From a virus (Duplodnaviria > Heunggongvirae > Uroviricota > Caudoviricetes): 64,000 nucleotides of DNA. Below are positions 35,103 through 45,093 of this stretch, piece by piece; positions within the stretch are counted from its first letter, which is position 1; the number at the start of each line of letters is the position of its first letter. Location of the stretch: positions 109,091 to 173,090 of the IMG/VR virus record IMGVR_UViG_3300022697_000186; one strand, given 5' to 3'. A program made the position numbers and the translations under genes. Below the pieces are notes generated by a model. The model was given only the letters and a program-made list of their open reading frames with translations. It searched no databases and was not told where the DNA came from.

Positions 35103-37787
35103 TTAAAATCTAAATAAATCACTTATAGCAGAAGGTTCATCAGTTCTTGAATTAACTAAACCATCTAATAATTTTTGTTTTAAATTTGAAAACGCTAAAC
35201 CTATTAGCCATGAATTCTTTGATGGTATTTGTAAAATAGAAGTCCAAGTATATGGAGTTTCTTTTCTTAGTTCATGTAATCTCCAAGGAGTCTTACCAGC
35301 AAACATCATACAAGATACAATTATTTCGTAATGTATTAAATGTATACCTTTATATGGATTAAAAATTTCATAAATACATTTCACTAAATCAAATGGTCCA
35401 TTAATATTATCTAAACTTCCTGGTTTATGAAATATTGTATTAGCCATTCCAATCCCACTAATAATATCTTCTTGATCATCTGTTTGTGTACCACTAGCTG
35501 CTTGAGCAACTCCACCAAGATGAAAAGTTCTTAAAACTAATTGAGTAGTTCTTTCACCAACGGCTTGTGTTGCAATTATACCAACTTGATCTGAATGTAA
35601 TATCTTGTATAAATCTCCATAACATTTTTTACAGAGTTTTCTATCTTGACAATAAATAGGAGATCTTAATTTAACAGTTGTACCAACTATCGATTTATAA
35701 TTTTTACTAGTAATCTTTTCTATATGATTATCTTCTGCTATACGGTATCTCCACCATAATGTTCTAGCCATAGCTTCATCATCAACTTTAACCTCTAAAT
35801 AATCATCTGTACCACAATCATCATCTGTACCAAGTTCCATAGAAATTGTACTATATATTAATTTTCTAGTAAGATAACCAGAATCACCAGTTGATAATGC
35901 TGTATCTAATAATCCTTTACGAGATCCATAACAAGAATTAAAAAACTCTTCTTGATTTAATCCCTTAATTAAACTACTTCTAATTAAGTTAGGACGTATT
36001 TTACCACTAATATCAGATACATAACCTCTAGCTAAAACTATTTGTCTAACTTGATCCCAATTACCTCTTGCCCCAGAATCAACAAATTCAGCAAATGGAA
36101 ACTCTCTAAGTTTAACCATTACTTCATCACTATTCATTTTAGCTATATCTTCTTGTACATTACCAGTTAAGTCTGCGGATATTCCATCAAGTACATCAGA
36201 ATATAAATCATCTATACCTAAAGTATAGCCTTTTAATGTTGCATGTGTAAAACCTAAACTTTTTATTTTATCTAAAGTTTCCATAACAACATCAGGTGAA
36301 TAATGTAAAGCTACATCATTTAATAAATTCATTAATTCTTTATCTTTTAAAGGTTCATCTATTAATCTATAATCTTCAGGAAAACATTGATTAATTAAAT
36401 ATTTTCCAAATGGTAATTTCTTACCTTTAATTTCTTTTAAATTATCTTTGGAATCATTACTTGATAATGCATATATTCCTAAAATTATATCTAAATCAGG
36501 TCTAGGTACAATACTTATATCAGTAGGTGATACTAGGTTATTCCAAATACCTAATTTTTCTTTAGCATCTTTAATTCCTGCTTCAGTTGCTGGGAAATAA
36601 ATAGCCATAGCATCACCATCAAAATCTGCATTAAATGGTGAACATACCATAGGATGTATTTGTACAGTATTTCCTAAATGAGTACTAACTTTAAAGGCGA
36701 GAATTCCAAGTCTATGTAAAGTTGGCTGTCTGTTTAATATACAAACTTTATCAACACAAAATTCTTCAACTATATTAAATAATTGAGTATCTTTAGATTT
36801 AATACAATCTTCAATTAGTTTAACAGATTGATTGTATCTTTTACATACCCTTCTATTTACCAAGTATGCAGATAATTGAGGTTTAAGTATTTCTAAAATC
36901 ATCCAATAAGGAACTTTACATGTATCAATAGTTAAATTAGGATTAGGAGATATAACTGCTCTTCCACTAAAGTCAAGTCTCTTACCTAAAATATTTGATC
37001 TTATTAATCCTTTTTTCTTAGACATCTTCTTTAATATGTAATCATATAATTTAATTACTGTCTGTTGAATGTGTTTAAAGTTACTTCTATAAATTTCATT
37101 TGATTCATTGACTTGAAACTGTATACTTTTAACGTTATTAGATCTAATTAATATAGTAGAATATAATTGATTAATTTCATCAATAACTCTTATACCTGTA
37201 TTATTATTACCACATGGTCTAAAATCTGGTGGTATAACTATCACATTTGAAAAAGAAATTTTATCAAAATTATCTCTGATAAATTGAAATTCTTGTTTAT
37301 CACTATTCTCTATGAATTTTTCAATTATTGTAATAACACCTTTTAATCCTATAAGTCTCTCTGTACCTTCAATAGGTTTAATAGTATCTGTTTCTTTAGT
37401 AATTATATCATCAATATTATAAAAATAATGATTAGTATAATTTAACATATCATCTATTATTGTTTTTAATGTAGTTTTAGATGTAGTAATTATATAATAA
37501 AATATAGGATTCAGTATAGGAAATGGTAAAGTAATTTTAGCGTACCTTTTTCTACGTTCTTCTGAATTAGTTATATCTACATTGCATTCTGTACATTTTT
37601 TTGCAGTATTAGAACGTCCTCTATATGTTGCTCTATTACAAACACAATAATAAGATTTTACTGGACCAAAAATTTGTTGACTGAACAATCCATCTCTAGC
37701 AAATTTACCTGACTCAAAAATCTTAGGATTAATAACTTCAGGCATTTCTTTTGTGTATTGATCAACATTAAATATATCAAGATTCAT
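35103..37787 (-). CDS. rpoC: Phage multisubunit RNA polymerase, beta' subunit
   Basis: GLFSQQIFGP, N-terminal Zn finger, PPDFRP, LGKRLDFSGRAVI, LNRQPTLH, catalytic NADFDGD, SGYLTRKL and GERTTQLVLRTFH motifs. Confidence 0.97.
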   Translation of the reverse strand: MNLDIFNVDQYTKEMPEVINPKIFESGKFARDGLFSQQIFGPVKSYYCVCNRATYRGRSNTAKKCTECNVDITNSEERRKRYAKITLPFPILNPIFYYIITTSKTTLKTIIDDMLNYTNHYFYNIDDIITKETDTIKPIEGTERLIGLKGVITIIEKFIENSDKQEFQFIRDNFDKISFSNVIVIPPDFRPCGNNNTGIRVIDEINQLYSTILIRSNNVKSIQFQVNESNEIYRSNFKHIQQTVIKLYDYILKKMSKKKGLIRSNILGKRLDFSGRAVISPNPNLTIDTCKVPYWMILEILKPQLSAYLVNRRVCKRYNQSVKLIEDCIKSKDTQLFNIVEEFCVDKVCILNRQPTLHRLGILAFKVSTHLGNTVQIHPMVCSPFNADFDGDAMAIYFPATEAGIKDAKEKLGIWNNLVSPTDISIVPRPDLDIILGIYALSSNDSKDNLKEIKGKKLPFGKYLINQCFPEDYRLIDEPLKDKELMNLLNDVALHYSPDVVMETLDKIKSLGFTHATLKGYTLGIDDLYSDVLDGISADLTGNVQEDIAKMNSDEVMVKLREFPFAEFVDSGARGNWDQVRQIVLARGYVSDISGKIRPNLIRSSLIKGLNQEEFFNSCYGSRKGLLDTALSTGDSGYLTRKLIYSTISMELGTDDDCGTDDYLEVKVDDEAMARTLWWRYRIAEDNHIEKITSKNYKSIVGTTVKLRSPIYCQDRKLCKKCYGDLYKILHSDQVGIIATQAVGERTTQLVLRTFHLGGVAQAASGTQTDDQEDIISGIGMANTIFHKPGSLDNINGPFDLVKCIYEIFNPYKGIHLIHYEIIVSCMMFAGKTPWRLHELRKETPYTWTSILQIPSKNSWLIGLAFSNLKQKLLDGLVNSRTDEPSAISDLFRF

Positions 37788-38559
37788 TAAAATCTCCTAA
37801 TTTTTTAACAAAATTTGGAACCCAGTAACAATTTAATAGGTTCATAATTTTAATTTGTTGTAATATTTTCTTTAAACTCTGTGAAGTTAAAGGTTTAAAT
37901 AATAAATTATCTCCTAAACAATAATAACCATTCTTATCACAGTTAGGATGTTTAATATCTAATTTTACAGATATAATCAAACCATTAGGATCTGTATCAA
38001 TACATACCCTATTAATTGTTAATACATCTTTTTTAGGTATTTTTTTAATTAAATTGTTATCACCATCACTAACATATATATTATTAACAGTAATTTTTTC
38101 ATATATTTCTATACCTAAATCTGTTGTTACCACATTAGGATGTTTTTTTGTAAGCTCTTTATAACACTCAGATAAATGAGTTAAGCATCTACGTATGTCA
38201 TATTCTAATAAAAATATTTTCTTTTTAAATTCTTTTTTCTTACCAAACTTCTTTTCATAAAATTTAACAATTTCATTAAGACCCATCCAATTAAAGACAA
38301 TAATAGAAAAATTATTTTGACCTAATACTACTAAAGTATCTTCACCATCTAGTATTTTTAATTTATTAGCTTTAGCTTGTTTTGTTATTTTCTTTCTTAA
38401 TTTATTACTAGATTTATATAATTTAAAATTATTTGACCCCTCAAATATTTTAGCGGATAGAATTATATTATTTTCATAAAGATCTCCAGAATCTATCTTC
38501 TCTTTTATAAAATTATTAAGTGACTTATCTAGTTTGGATTTTGTGATAATTAAATTCAC
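37777..38559 (-). CDS. E2 (UBC)-like protein 2
   Basis: C-terminal HPNCDKNGYYCLG (HPN-x7-C, canonical E2 spacing); overlaps the rpoC start. Confidence 0.55.
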   Translation of the reverse strand: MNLIITKSKLDKSLNNFIKEKIDSGDLYENNIILSAKIFEGSNNFKLYKSSNKLRKKITKQAKANKLKILDGEDTLVVLGQNNFSIIVFNWMGLNEIVKFYEKKFGKKKEFKKKIFLLEYDIRRCLTHLSECYKELTKKHPNVVTTDLGIEIYEKITVNNIYVSDGDNNLIKKIPKKDVLTINRVCIDTDPNGLIISVKLDIKHPNCDKNGYYCLGDNLLFKPLTSQSLKKILQQIKIMNLLNCYWVPNFVKKLGDFNES

Positions 38560-38572
38560 AAACTCTCCTTTA

Positions 38573-38785
38573 TTATGATACTAAAGGTTTTTCTCCCATT
38601 TCAGTATTACATTGAATACAAATTAGTGCTTGAATTGGAACTAATTTTTCCTGTCCATCAGGTGACATTATTGCCGATAGTTTTTTAAATTTGAAAGTCT
38701 GTTGAAAATATTGACTTTGACATTTTTTACATTCAACATCCTCTAAATCATCTGGGTTTATATTTGGCATTTGATTATTATCCAC
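38573..38785 (-). CDS. Small zinc-ribbon protein
   Basis: CKKC...CIQC; GTG start with RBS AAGGAG. Confidence 0.65.
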   Translation of the reverse strand: MDNNQMPNINPDDLEDVECKKCQSQYFQQTFKFKKLSAIMSPDGQEKLVPIQALICIQCNTEMGEKPLVS

Positions 38786-38863
38786 TATTTCTCCTTTTAA
38801 TTAATATAACATGAAAATTATTAGTAACAATTGTGTAATATGACATTTATAATATGTCCTAAA

Positions 38864-39649
38864 TTATTTTCCTCGTTTCTTTAATTTATTTTTAACTTCT
38901 GGTTTTTTAATAAATTCAGTTTTCTTAGTATTATATCTAATTTGGAACATTCGAATACCACCTAAATTTTTAATAACTTTTTCATAATAAACATTATTGG
39001 AAGAACCATTATATTTTTTTAATGCTATTTTTAAGTTACCTTTAGAATTCATATAATATTTATGTAATACATAACATCCTGCCATTACATTGTTCTTAGG
39101 ATCGTATAAATCTTTTTTTCTAGAAATAATTTTTAGATTTTCAAGTTCATCATACCAAACACTTTTCTTCTGAGAGTTAAAAGGTCTAACTTGCATTAAA
39201 CCAAATGCATTTTTGTTACTAACTATAAATGGATCACCATTTGATTCTGTTCTAATAATAGCTAAAATAAGTTCTGGATCTATATGATATTTTCTAGAAG
39301 CTTTCAATATAGAATTTACTATATAATCTGCCATACTTTGATACATTTTATTATTTATAGTCATTAAATATTCTTTTATTAAATTAGTATCTAGTTCCTT
39401 TGCATACATTGTAGAATCTGATAAATTTCTATTATTAATTAATATATTAGTTAGAGATATTATTTTTTTACTCATTTGCTTATTTGAAATAGATAAAATT
39501 TCAACTTGTGGAATATGTATTATAAAATGATAATAAAATCCGCCACATACTAAACATATAAATAAAACTACAATTCTTATAAATATCATTAGTTTACTTT
39601 TAGGATTATCCCACCACCTTATTTTTTTTATCTTATTTATTGATTCCAT
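38864..39649 (-). CDS. Membrane-anchored lytic transglycosylase (SLT)
   Basis: N-terminal TM helix; LAIIRTES catalytic Glu, GLMQV, AL..YNG. Confidence 0.88.
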   Translation of the reverse strand: MESINKIKKIRWWDNPKSKLMIFIRIVVLFICLVCGGFYYHFIIHIPQVEILSISNKQMSKKIISLTNILINNRNLSDSTMYAKELDTNLIKEYLMTINNKMYQSMADYIVNSILKASRKYHIDPELILAIIRTESNGDPFIVSNKNAFGLMQVRPFNSQKKSVWYDELENLKIISRKKDLYDPKNNVMAGCYVLHKYYMNSKGNLKIALKKYNGSSNNVYYEKVIKNLGGIRMFQIRYNTKKTEFIKKPEVKNKLKKRGK

Positions 39650-39663
39650 TAAACCCCCTTTAA

Positions 39664-39921
39664 TTATGCTGACTCTACAATAGGAAGAAAATAAATATTT
39701 AACTTTTTATTATCATGATCTACTTCCGATGCTAACATATAAGTTAAATTAAAATTACCCATATATTTTTGTATACTATTTTTATTATAATTAGATTTTA
39801 TAATTTTTCCATCTGGTAGATGTAAATAACATACATATTTTAAATAACTATTACATAATTTTAAAGTCTCTTCATGTGATAGAATTTTCTTTTGACTTAC
39901 TTTTAACTGATTTTGGGACAT
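39664..39921 (-). CDS. Hypothetical protein (85 aa)
   Basis: Overlaps the end of the upstream ThiF-like gene. Confidence 0.55.
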   Translation of the reverse strand: MSQNQLKVSQKKILSHEETLKLCNSYLKYVCYLHLPDGKIIKSNYNKNSIQKYMGNFNLTYMLASEVDHDNKKLNIYFLPIVESA

Positions 39922-40474
39922 TAAATAACTCCATATTTTTATTAATTAAAACGCAATACGTACTTATATCATCCTTATAATCTTCATTAAAGATAACTTG
40001 TGTACATAGTCCTGAAAATAACATACTGTTATATTTTGAATCTCCTAATATATATCTTGAAGTTTTACTTGAAATATAATCTTCAGGTTTAAAATTTATT
40101 AATCCAAAGTCACCATCTATATTTAATTTTAAATTAAATGATGAATGTTCATCTACAGTATCTCTACAATCAATATTATAAAAATCAGGATCATTGTTCC
40201 ATATTTTAGGATATGATCCATGTTTTATTTCTATATTAAGATCTGGATTAATATCTTCAAATATATGTTTAAGAGCCATAACTTTTGGAACTCCTATGCA
40301 TTCAATTAATTGATCTTTTCCAATTATAAATGGAAAGTTCTTGTGAATAAGACTATCCCTATCCACAAGAACCAACTTATTTATTTTTTGTTCTAAACTT
40401 TTTAAAACTATATGATAAGATAAAAAACTACCCAAACTACCACAACCAACTATAGCAATTTGTTTTGGATACAT
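39872..40474 (-). CDS. ThiF/E1-like protein 2, short and degenerate
   Basis: IAIVGCGSLG, LVDRD, PKV and IDCRD motifs; the SNLNR motif is replaced by KNFPF. Confidence 0.75.
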   Translation of the reverse strand: MYPKQIAIVGCGSLGSFLSYHIVLKSLEQKINKLVLVDRDSLIHKNFPFIIGKDQLIECIGVPKVMALKHIFEDINPDLNIEIKHGSYPKIWNNDPDFYNIDCRDTVDEHSSFNLKLNIDGDFGLINFKPEDYISSKTSRYILGDSKYNSMLFSGLCTQVIFNEDYKDDISTYCVLINKNMELFNVPKSVKSKSKENSIT

Positions 40475-42165
40475 TAACTTTCCTTTTTATTAAAATGACT
40501 TTTTAAAATACTTTTATTTTCATCATGTATTAATATCTTGTCTATTATGTCATTAATATTAATTTCTTTTTCTTCTAATTTAGAAGAAGGTTCATATGCT
40601 TTATAAGTTTCATCATCTACTTCATAATAAGTTCTCAAATCAGGCAAACCTGATAGTTTAGTTGCCCAATAAGATAACAATCCAGAACCACAGGCAGGTT
40701 TACCATCTTTACTACAGTTATGAGGTATACCATCAATTAATTTAGGTCTATCACAACTAACTAAATAAGGGGATAATTTTGTTAACAATCCTAGCTCATT
40801 TAATAATACATATTGTTCTGTCTTTAACAAATTAGACAAACCATAAATTGACTTAATTTTATTACCACAAATAGAAGCAAACTTCACAAACTTCATGGAT
40901 GCATCCATAAATCTTTCAGAATTGTCCGAATATACACCACTTTCTGTTAATTGCATCCAGCCTCCAGTAATATAAACTTCGTCATATTTGGAATCAATAA
41001 TATAACCTTCTGCCAAAGCTGCTAAGTAACTTACAAAAAATCCATTCCTAAAACAGGTCCACGCAACAGTAGTTTTAACACCTGCTGAAGTACCTGTTGT
41101 AATAGCATGATTAGAATTAACTAACATACTACTATCATCTAGTAATTTCATATTTTCTTCTATATCAATTTCTATTAAAGGTATTTCTAAAGTATTCGTT
41201 ACATATTTTATTGCTGCATACTCTGCTTCTTGACCTCTATGACCATATTTAAAATGTACAGCAGCTACATTATAACCAGCCATTTTTAATGTTGCTAAAG
41301 TGGTGGAGGAATCTAATCCGCCACTTGCAGCAACTAATACTTTTTTACCCAACATTGGTTTAAAAGTATAAGGATCATATTTAGGATGTATATATCTAGG
41401 CATAAATTTAAATTCATTAATCATACCTGAATCAATATCCATTTCTGAAATGGTATTAGCTGGAAGTTGTCTTGCATAATAATCTTCCCATACGCATAAA
41501 TTATTATTTGTTACGGTTTGTCCTTTAAGTAAAGATATAGTTTTATATATACCTTCTTCAAAACTAGAAAAGAACAAACCATGTCCTCGTACATATCCAC
41601 AATAAAGAGGATTATGAGAACATACAAAATATAATTTATTCTTAACAGTATCTACCATTAAAAAAGCGTAACCTCCACTAAGGTATTCCATAGTCTTTTT
41701 CATATTCCTACCATTTTCCAAGTAGGCCCATATTATGGCCTCACTATCTAAATTTGATACAGATTTTTCTTTGTATTTTTCTTTTAATTCTTGTACTATA
41801 AAATTTGAAACTGAACCATTATGTACTAAATACAACCCATTATTTTCATCAATAATAGGTTGCATAGTTTTAGAATCATTTTGTTTTACTTCTGGTTCAG
41901 TTTCAGGTACTGCTCTGTGATTAACTAATAGTATATCTTTTAATCTTATTTCACTTTCAATTTGTTCTGCTAAATTATGTCTAAAGGAAGTATGGGAATT
42001 AATTTGTTCTGAACTAAATAATTTATATTTAATTTCACCATCTTGTGATGTTAAACTATAACCTACACTGTCAGAGCCTCGATACTCACCATACTGTAAA
42101 AGTTTTGCTATTATTTCTTTTGTAGGGACAGATTCTCTAGCAAAATAACCACTAATACCACACAT
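40474..42165 (-). CDS. queC: Class II glutamine amidotransferase-QueC fusion (Gat-QueC)
   Basis: N-terminal MCGI, HR, HNG and DSE (Ntn GATase); C-terminal SGGLDS, YGHR..E, RNG and Cys-rich tail (QueC). Confidence 0.88.
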   Translation of the reverse strand: MCGISGYFARESVPTKEIIAKLLQYGEYRGSDSVGYSLTSQDGEIKYKLFSSEQINSHTSFRHNLAEQIESEIRLKDILLVNHRAVPETEPEVKQNDSKTMQPIIDENNGLYLVHNGSVSNFIVQELKEKYKEKSVSNLDSEAIIWAYLENGRNMKKTMEYLSGGYAFLMVDTVKNKLYFVCSHNPLYCGYVRGHGLFFSSFEEGIYKTISLLKGQTVTNNNLCVWEDYYARQLPANTISEMDIDSGMINEFKFMPRYIHPKYDPYTFKPMLGKKVLVAASGGLDSSTTLATLKMAGYNVAAVHFKYGHRGQEAEYAAIKYVTNTLEIPLIEIDIEENMKLLDDSSMLVNSNHAITTGTSAGVKTTVAWTCFRNGFFVSYLAALAEGYIIDSKYDEVYITGGWMQLTESGVYSDNSERFMDASMKFVKFASICGNKIKSIYGLSNLLKTEQYVLLNELGLLTKLSPYLVSCDRPKLIDGIPHNCSKDGKPACGSGLLSYWATKLSGLPDLRTYYEVDDETYKAYEPSSKLEEKEININDIIDKILIHDENKSILKSHFNKKES

Positions 42166-42174
42166 ATTTATACC

Positions 42175-42939
42175 TCATTGATCTCCATAATTATAATCTA
42201 GATGATTTAACCATTCTTCTTCTGTCATTTCATGTATTTTAGGTTCTCTTCTTGCCATCGATTCTAACGTTTTATCTTCTTCTTTTTCTTCTTCTTCACC
42301 AAAGTCTGGGCTGATTTTTTTTTGATTAAGATAAGGAAAGTTTCCTGAAAATTTATTATTTACACCATGTAGATTATAATTGTCATTATAAGTTACAATA
42401 GGAGAAGTAATTTTATTTAATTCTTCTTCCGGTATATCTACATCAGTACCTTGTACCTCAATATCAGTTTTTACTATAATATATCCGTATTCAGTTTTTA
42501 CTCTAACTTGACCTGTTTCAAATTTAGAATTCACCCAGAGTAAACTAATATCAAAATTTCTATTTATATAATCATCGTCTGTACTACTAAAAACTTTCAT
42601 ATTTTTTGGATGCTTATGTATTACGCAATTATATCCTTCTGGTGCATCTTCATTATAATCTACTGCAGCAGGAGATACTTCTTGTTTTGGAATAAAGAAT
42701 GCTTCATCTATAATTATATTTTTATCTTCTTTTATATATTTACCTTTACAAAATATAGAAAATTCATCATCTGAAAATTGTTTATCTATTTTACACATAA
42801 CATTTTGTATATGTTCTGGTACTATACATTTAATTTTATTTATTGGATCTACATCTTTATTTTGCCATGGTACTGGTGGTTTAACAACTTTACCAGCATG
42901 TCTATTAGTAAAACCAGCACCCTTTTTCTTTTTATTCAC
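42175..42939 (-). CDS. JAB/JAMM metalloprotease
   Basis: N-terminal Glu (DEF) and HKH...FSSTDD (HxH-x7-S-x2-D). Confidence 0.8.
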   Translation of the reverse strand: MNKKKKGAGFTNRHAGKVVKPPVPWQNKDVDPINKIKCIVPEHIQNVMCKIDKQFSDDEFSIFCKGKYIKEDKNIIIDEAFFIPKQEVSPAAVDYNEDAPEGYNCVIHKHPKNMKVFSSTDDDYINRNFDISLLWVNSKFETGQVRVKTEYGYIIVKTDIEVQGTDVDIPEEELNKITSPIVTYNDNYNLHGVNNKFSGNFPYLNQKKISPDFGEEEEKEEDKTLESMARREPKIHEMTEEEWLNHLDYNYGDQ

Positions 42940-42953
42940 TTTAATTAAACTCC

Positions 42954-43748
42954 TTAAATAATTGTTCCATTAAAAATCTTTTCTTCTATATCTATATTTT
43001 TTTCTGTCGAAAGTTTCCTAACTGCTATACCTAACATCATATGATTTAAAATATCTTCTACCTTAAATGTTAGAGGTTTATCTAATAATTTAGGAAAATT
43101 ATGAGAATATCTAATTAAATTAACTACCATTAATGCTGCTGTTCTTGCAGGAATTGAATGGGATGGTGTTACTTGATATCCTCCAGGTCCCCATACATGA
43201 TGCTTCTCAGGATGAGCATCAATTGTAATAGACATATCATCATATGCTGCTCTGTAAATTTGATTATCACAATTAGAACTATCATCTATTTTTTTAAATA
43301 AATTATAATCACCATAATAATCATCACGACAATCTATAACTATATACTTATATCCAGAAAATGATCTTAATATGTTAGATTTACATATCTCGTCAACACT
43401 TTCCTTATTAAACTTATCATTTATTGCAATAACTTTTACGTTTACGTTTCGTGATGAAATTATTTCTGATGCAGCCTCAACTTTAGATTGTCCAACGTGA
43501 CAATATCTAAAAGCAGTTCTATTTAAATTACTAAGTTCAACTACATCATTATCAAATAAAACAATTGATTTTATTTTAGATATTGATCCTAATATTTCTG
43601 CTACATGAGCACCTATACCACCAAGTCCTAAAATTACATAATTATAACATAAACCACGATTAAATTCATTAGTATCCTTACTGATTTCTCTAGCAAATTG
43701 AGAAGTTGCTATATCAGATGTATCAATATTATTTATAATACTCTTCAT
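42954..43748 (-). CDS. ThiF/E1-like adenylating enzyme 1
   Basis: ILGLGGIG, FDND, SNLNR, SKVEA and IDCRD motifs. Confidence 0.9.
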   Translation of the reverse strand: MKSIINNIDTSDIATSQFAREISKDTNEFNRGLCYNYVILGLGGIGAHVAEILGSISKIKSIVLFDNDVVELSNLNRTAFRYCHVGQSKVEAASEIISSRNVNVKVIAINDKFNKESVDEICKSNILRSFSGYKYIVIDCRDDYYGDYNLFKKIDDSSNCDNQIYRAAYDDMSITIDAHPEKHHVWGPGGYQVTPSHSIPARTAALMVVNLIRYSHNFPKLLDKPLTFKVEDILNHMMLGIAVRKLSTEKNIDIEEKIFNGTII

Positions 43749-45080
43749 TTAAATTCTCCTAAATTTCTTACTAACTTTAATATCTTTAGCTTCAACATCA
43801 ACTAAATCCATTTTAGTTTGCCATGGACCATCATCATCATCAAGTGAATTTATATCAATATAAGCACTATCATAATTAATAACATTTAATACTTTTTCTA
43901 CTTCTTTTATAAAATTTATATAATTAGATATCGTAGTGTTACTATTTTCAAGTAACTTCTGATATTTAATAGATAGTTCAACTCCAATACATATAACATC
44001 ATCACCAGCATTTACATTAGGATGGGAACCAAAAGCATACATTAAAAATGAACCATTAACTAATTTATGGGGATCTAATTTCAATTTGGTTATTTTAAAT
44101 ATTCTATATTTCTCTTGGATTTTATAATTTAAACTATTATGTACACAAATCTCTGGATTAATATTTACATTTTTAATCCAATTATTATGTTCTTGTTCAT
44201 AACCTAATGAAGATAATGCCGAAGTTAATTGCGTGCCAATAGAAATTCCATTTTTAAAAGATTTTTCTTTATCAAATTTTGTTTGCTTAATCATTGCAGT
44301 TAATGAATTCCTATACATTTCATTTGAATTCTGAAGAATAATTGATTGTGAACCAATAGAAGTCCTAGATTTAAATACTAATCTTATAGAATCATTAACT
44401 AATCTAGGTATATTTATATTGGATATATTACTATCATCTAATTTATCACATATATATCCTAACATTTTAAGCATTATATCTTCTCTAAGTAATTCTAAAT
44501 CTTTTAGTTCATCATTATCAATTAAATCATAAGCATTTAATACCTTTTTACAATAATTAAAAATATTACTTATAGCATCACGGGCTTGTTGTTCATCTAT
44601 TTTTATTAATCTTAAGAAAACATCTTGTAATATAAATATTTTCCCATCAATTCCCATATATGCTAATACAATATCTTCTTTTCCAATAGTACATATAGAG
44701 TTTATTTTTTTTGTATTATCACTAGAATAATTATGGTTTATATATGATGATGTATATCTTTCTAAATATTTATGTTCAGAATCTATTATTGTTTTTATTG
44801 GTAGTATATTAAACATACCTTCAGAATAAGATTTTACATGTGGTAATTTATTATATATGTTTTTATAAGAATTTATACTATAATTAAATTTTATTGTTTC
44901 AACAACCGTACAATATGGTAATAATCCACATTTTTCAGCTTCTTCATTTTTAATTTTTTCTAAAATTATTAATAATTTTTCATCAGAAGTAATTTTATTT
45001 TTATTATTCCAAATAACTCCTGTTCGTTCATTATCTATTGTAGTCATACCGTCTCCGTGATCATTTTGTTGCACGTACAT
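43749..45080 (-). CDS. E2 (UBC)-like protein 1 (C-terminal domain) with a long N-terminal region
   Basis: GSHPNVNAGDDVICIG (HPN-x8-C) and a downstream LNVINYDSAY helix; directly upstream of the E1 gene. The start is probably GTG 45074. Confidence 0.65.
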   Translation of the reverse strand: MYVQQNDHGDGMTTIDNERTGVIWNNKNKITSDEKLLIILEKIKNEEAEKCGLLPYCTVVETIKFNYSINSYKNIYNKLPHVKSYSEGMFNILPIKTIIDSEHKYLERYTSSYINHNYSSDNTKKINSICTIGKEDIVLAYMGIDGKIFILQDVFLRLIKIDEQQARDAISNIFNYCKKVLNAYDLIDNDELKDLELLREDIMLKMLGYICDKLDDSNISNINIPRLVNDSIRLVFKSRTSIGSQSIILQNSNEMYRNSLTAMIKQTKFDKEKSFKNGISIGTQLTSALSSLGYEQEHNNWIKNVNINPEICVHNSLNYKIQEKYRIFKITKLKLDPHKLVNGSFLMYAFGSHPNVNAGDDVICIGVELSIKYQKLLENSNTTISNYINFIKEVEKVLNVINYDSAYIDINSLDDDDGPWQTKMDLVDVEAKDIKVSKKFRRI

Positions 45081-45093
45081 CCTCCTAAATTAA

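Noticed and set aside
39872-43748. ThiF genes as thiamine/molybdopterin/tRNA thiolation enzymes
   Set aside because: No ThiS/MoaD-sized carrier, ThiG, MoaE, rhodanese or cysteine desulfurase was seen; the JAB and E2-like neighbours fit conjugation better. Not fully excluded.
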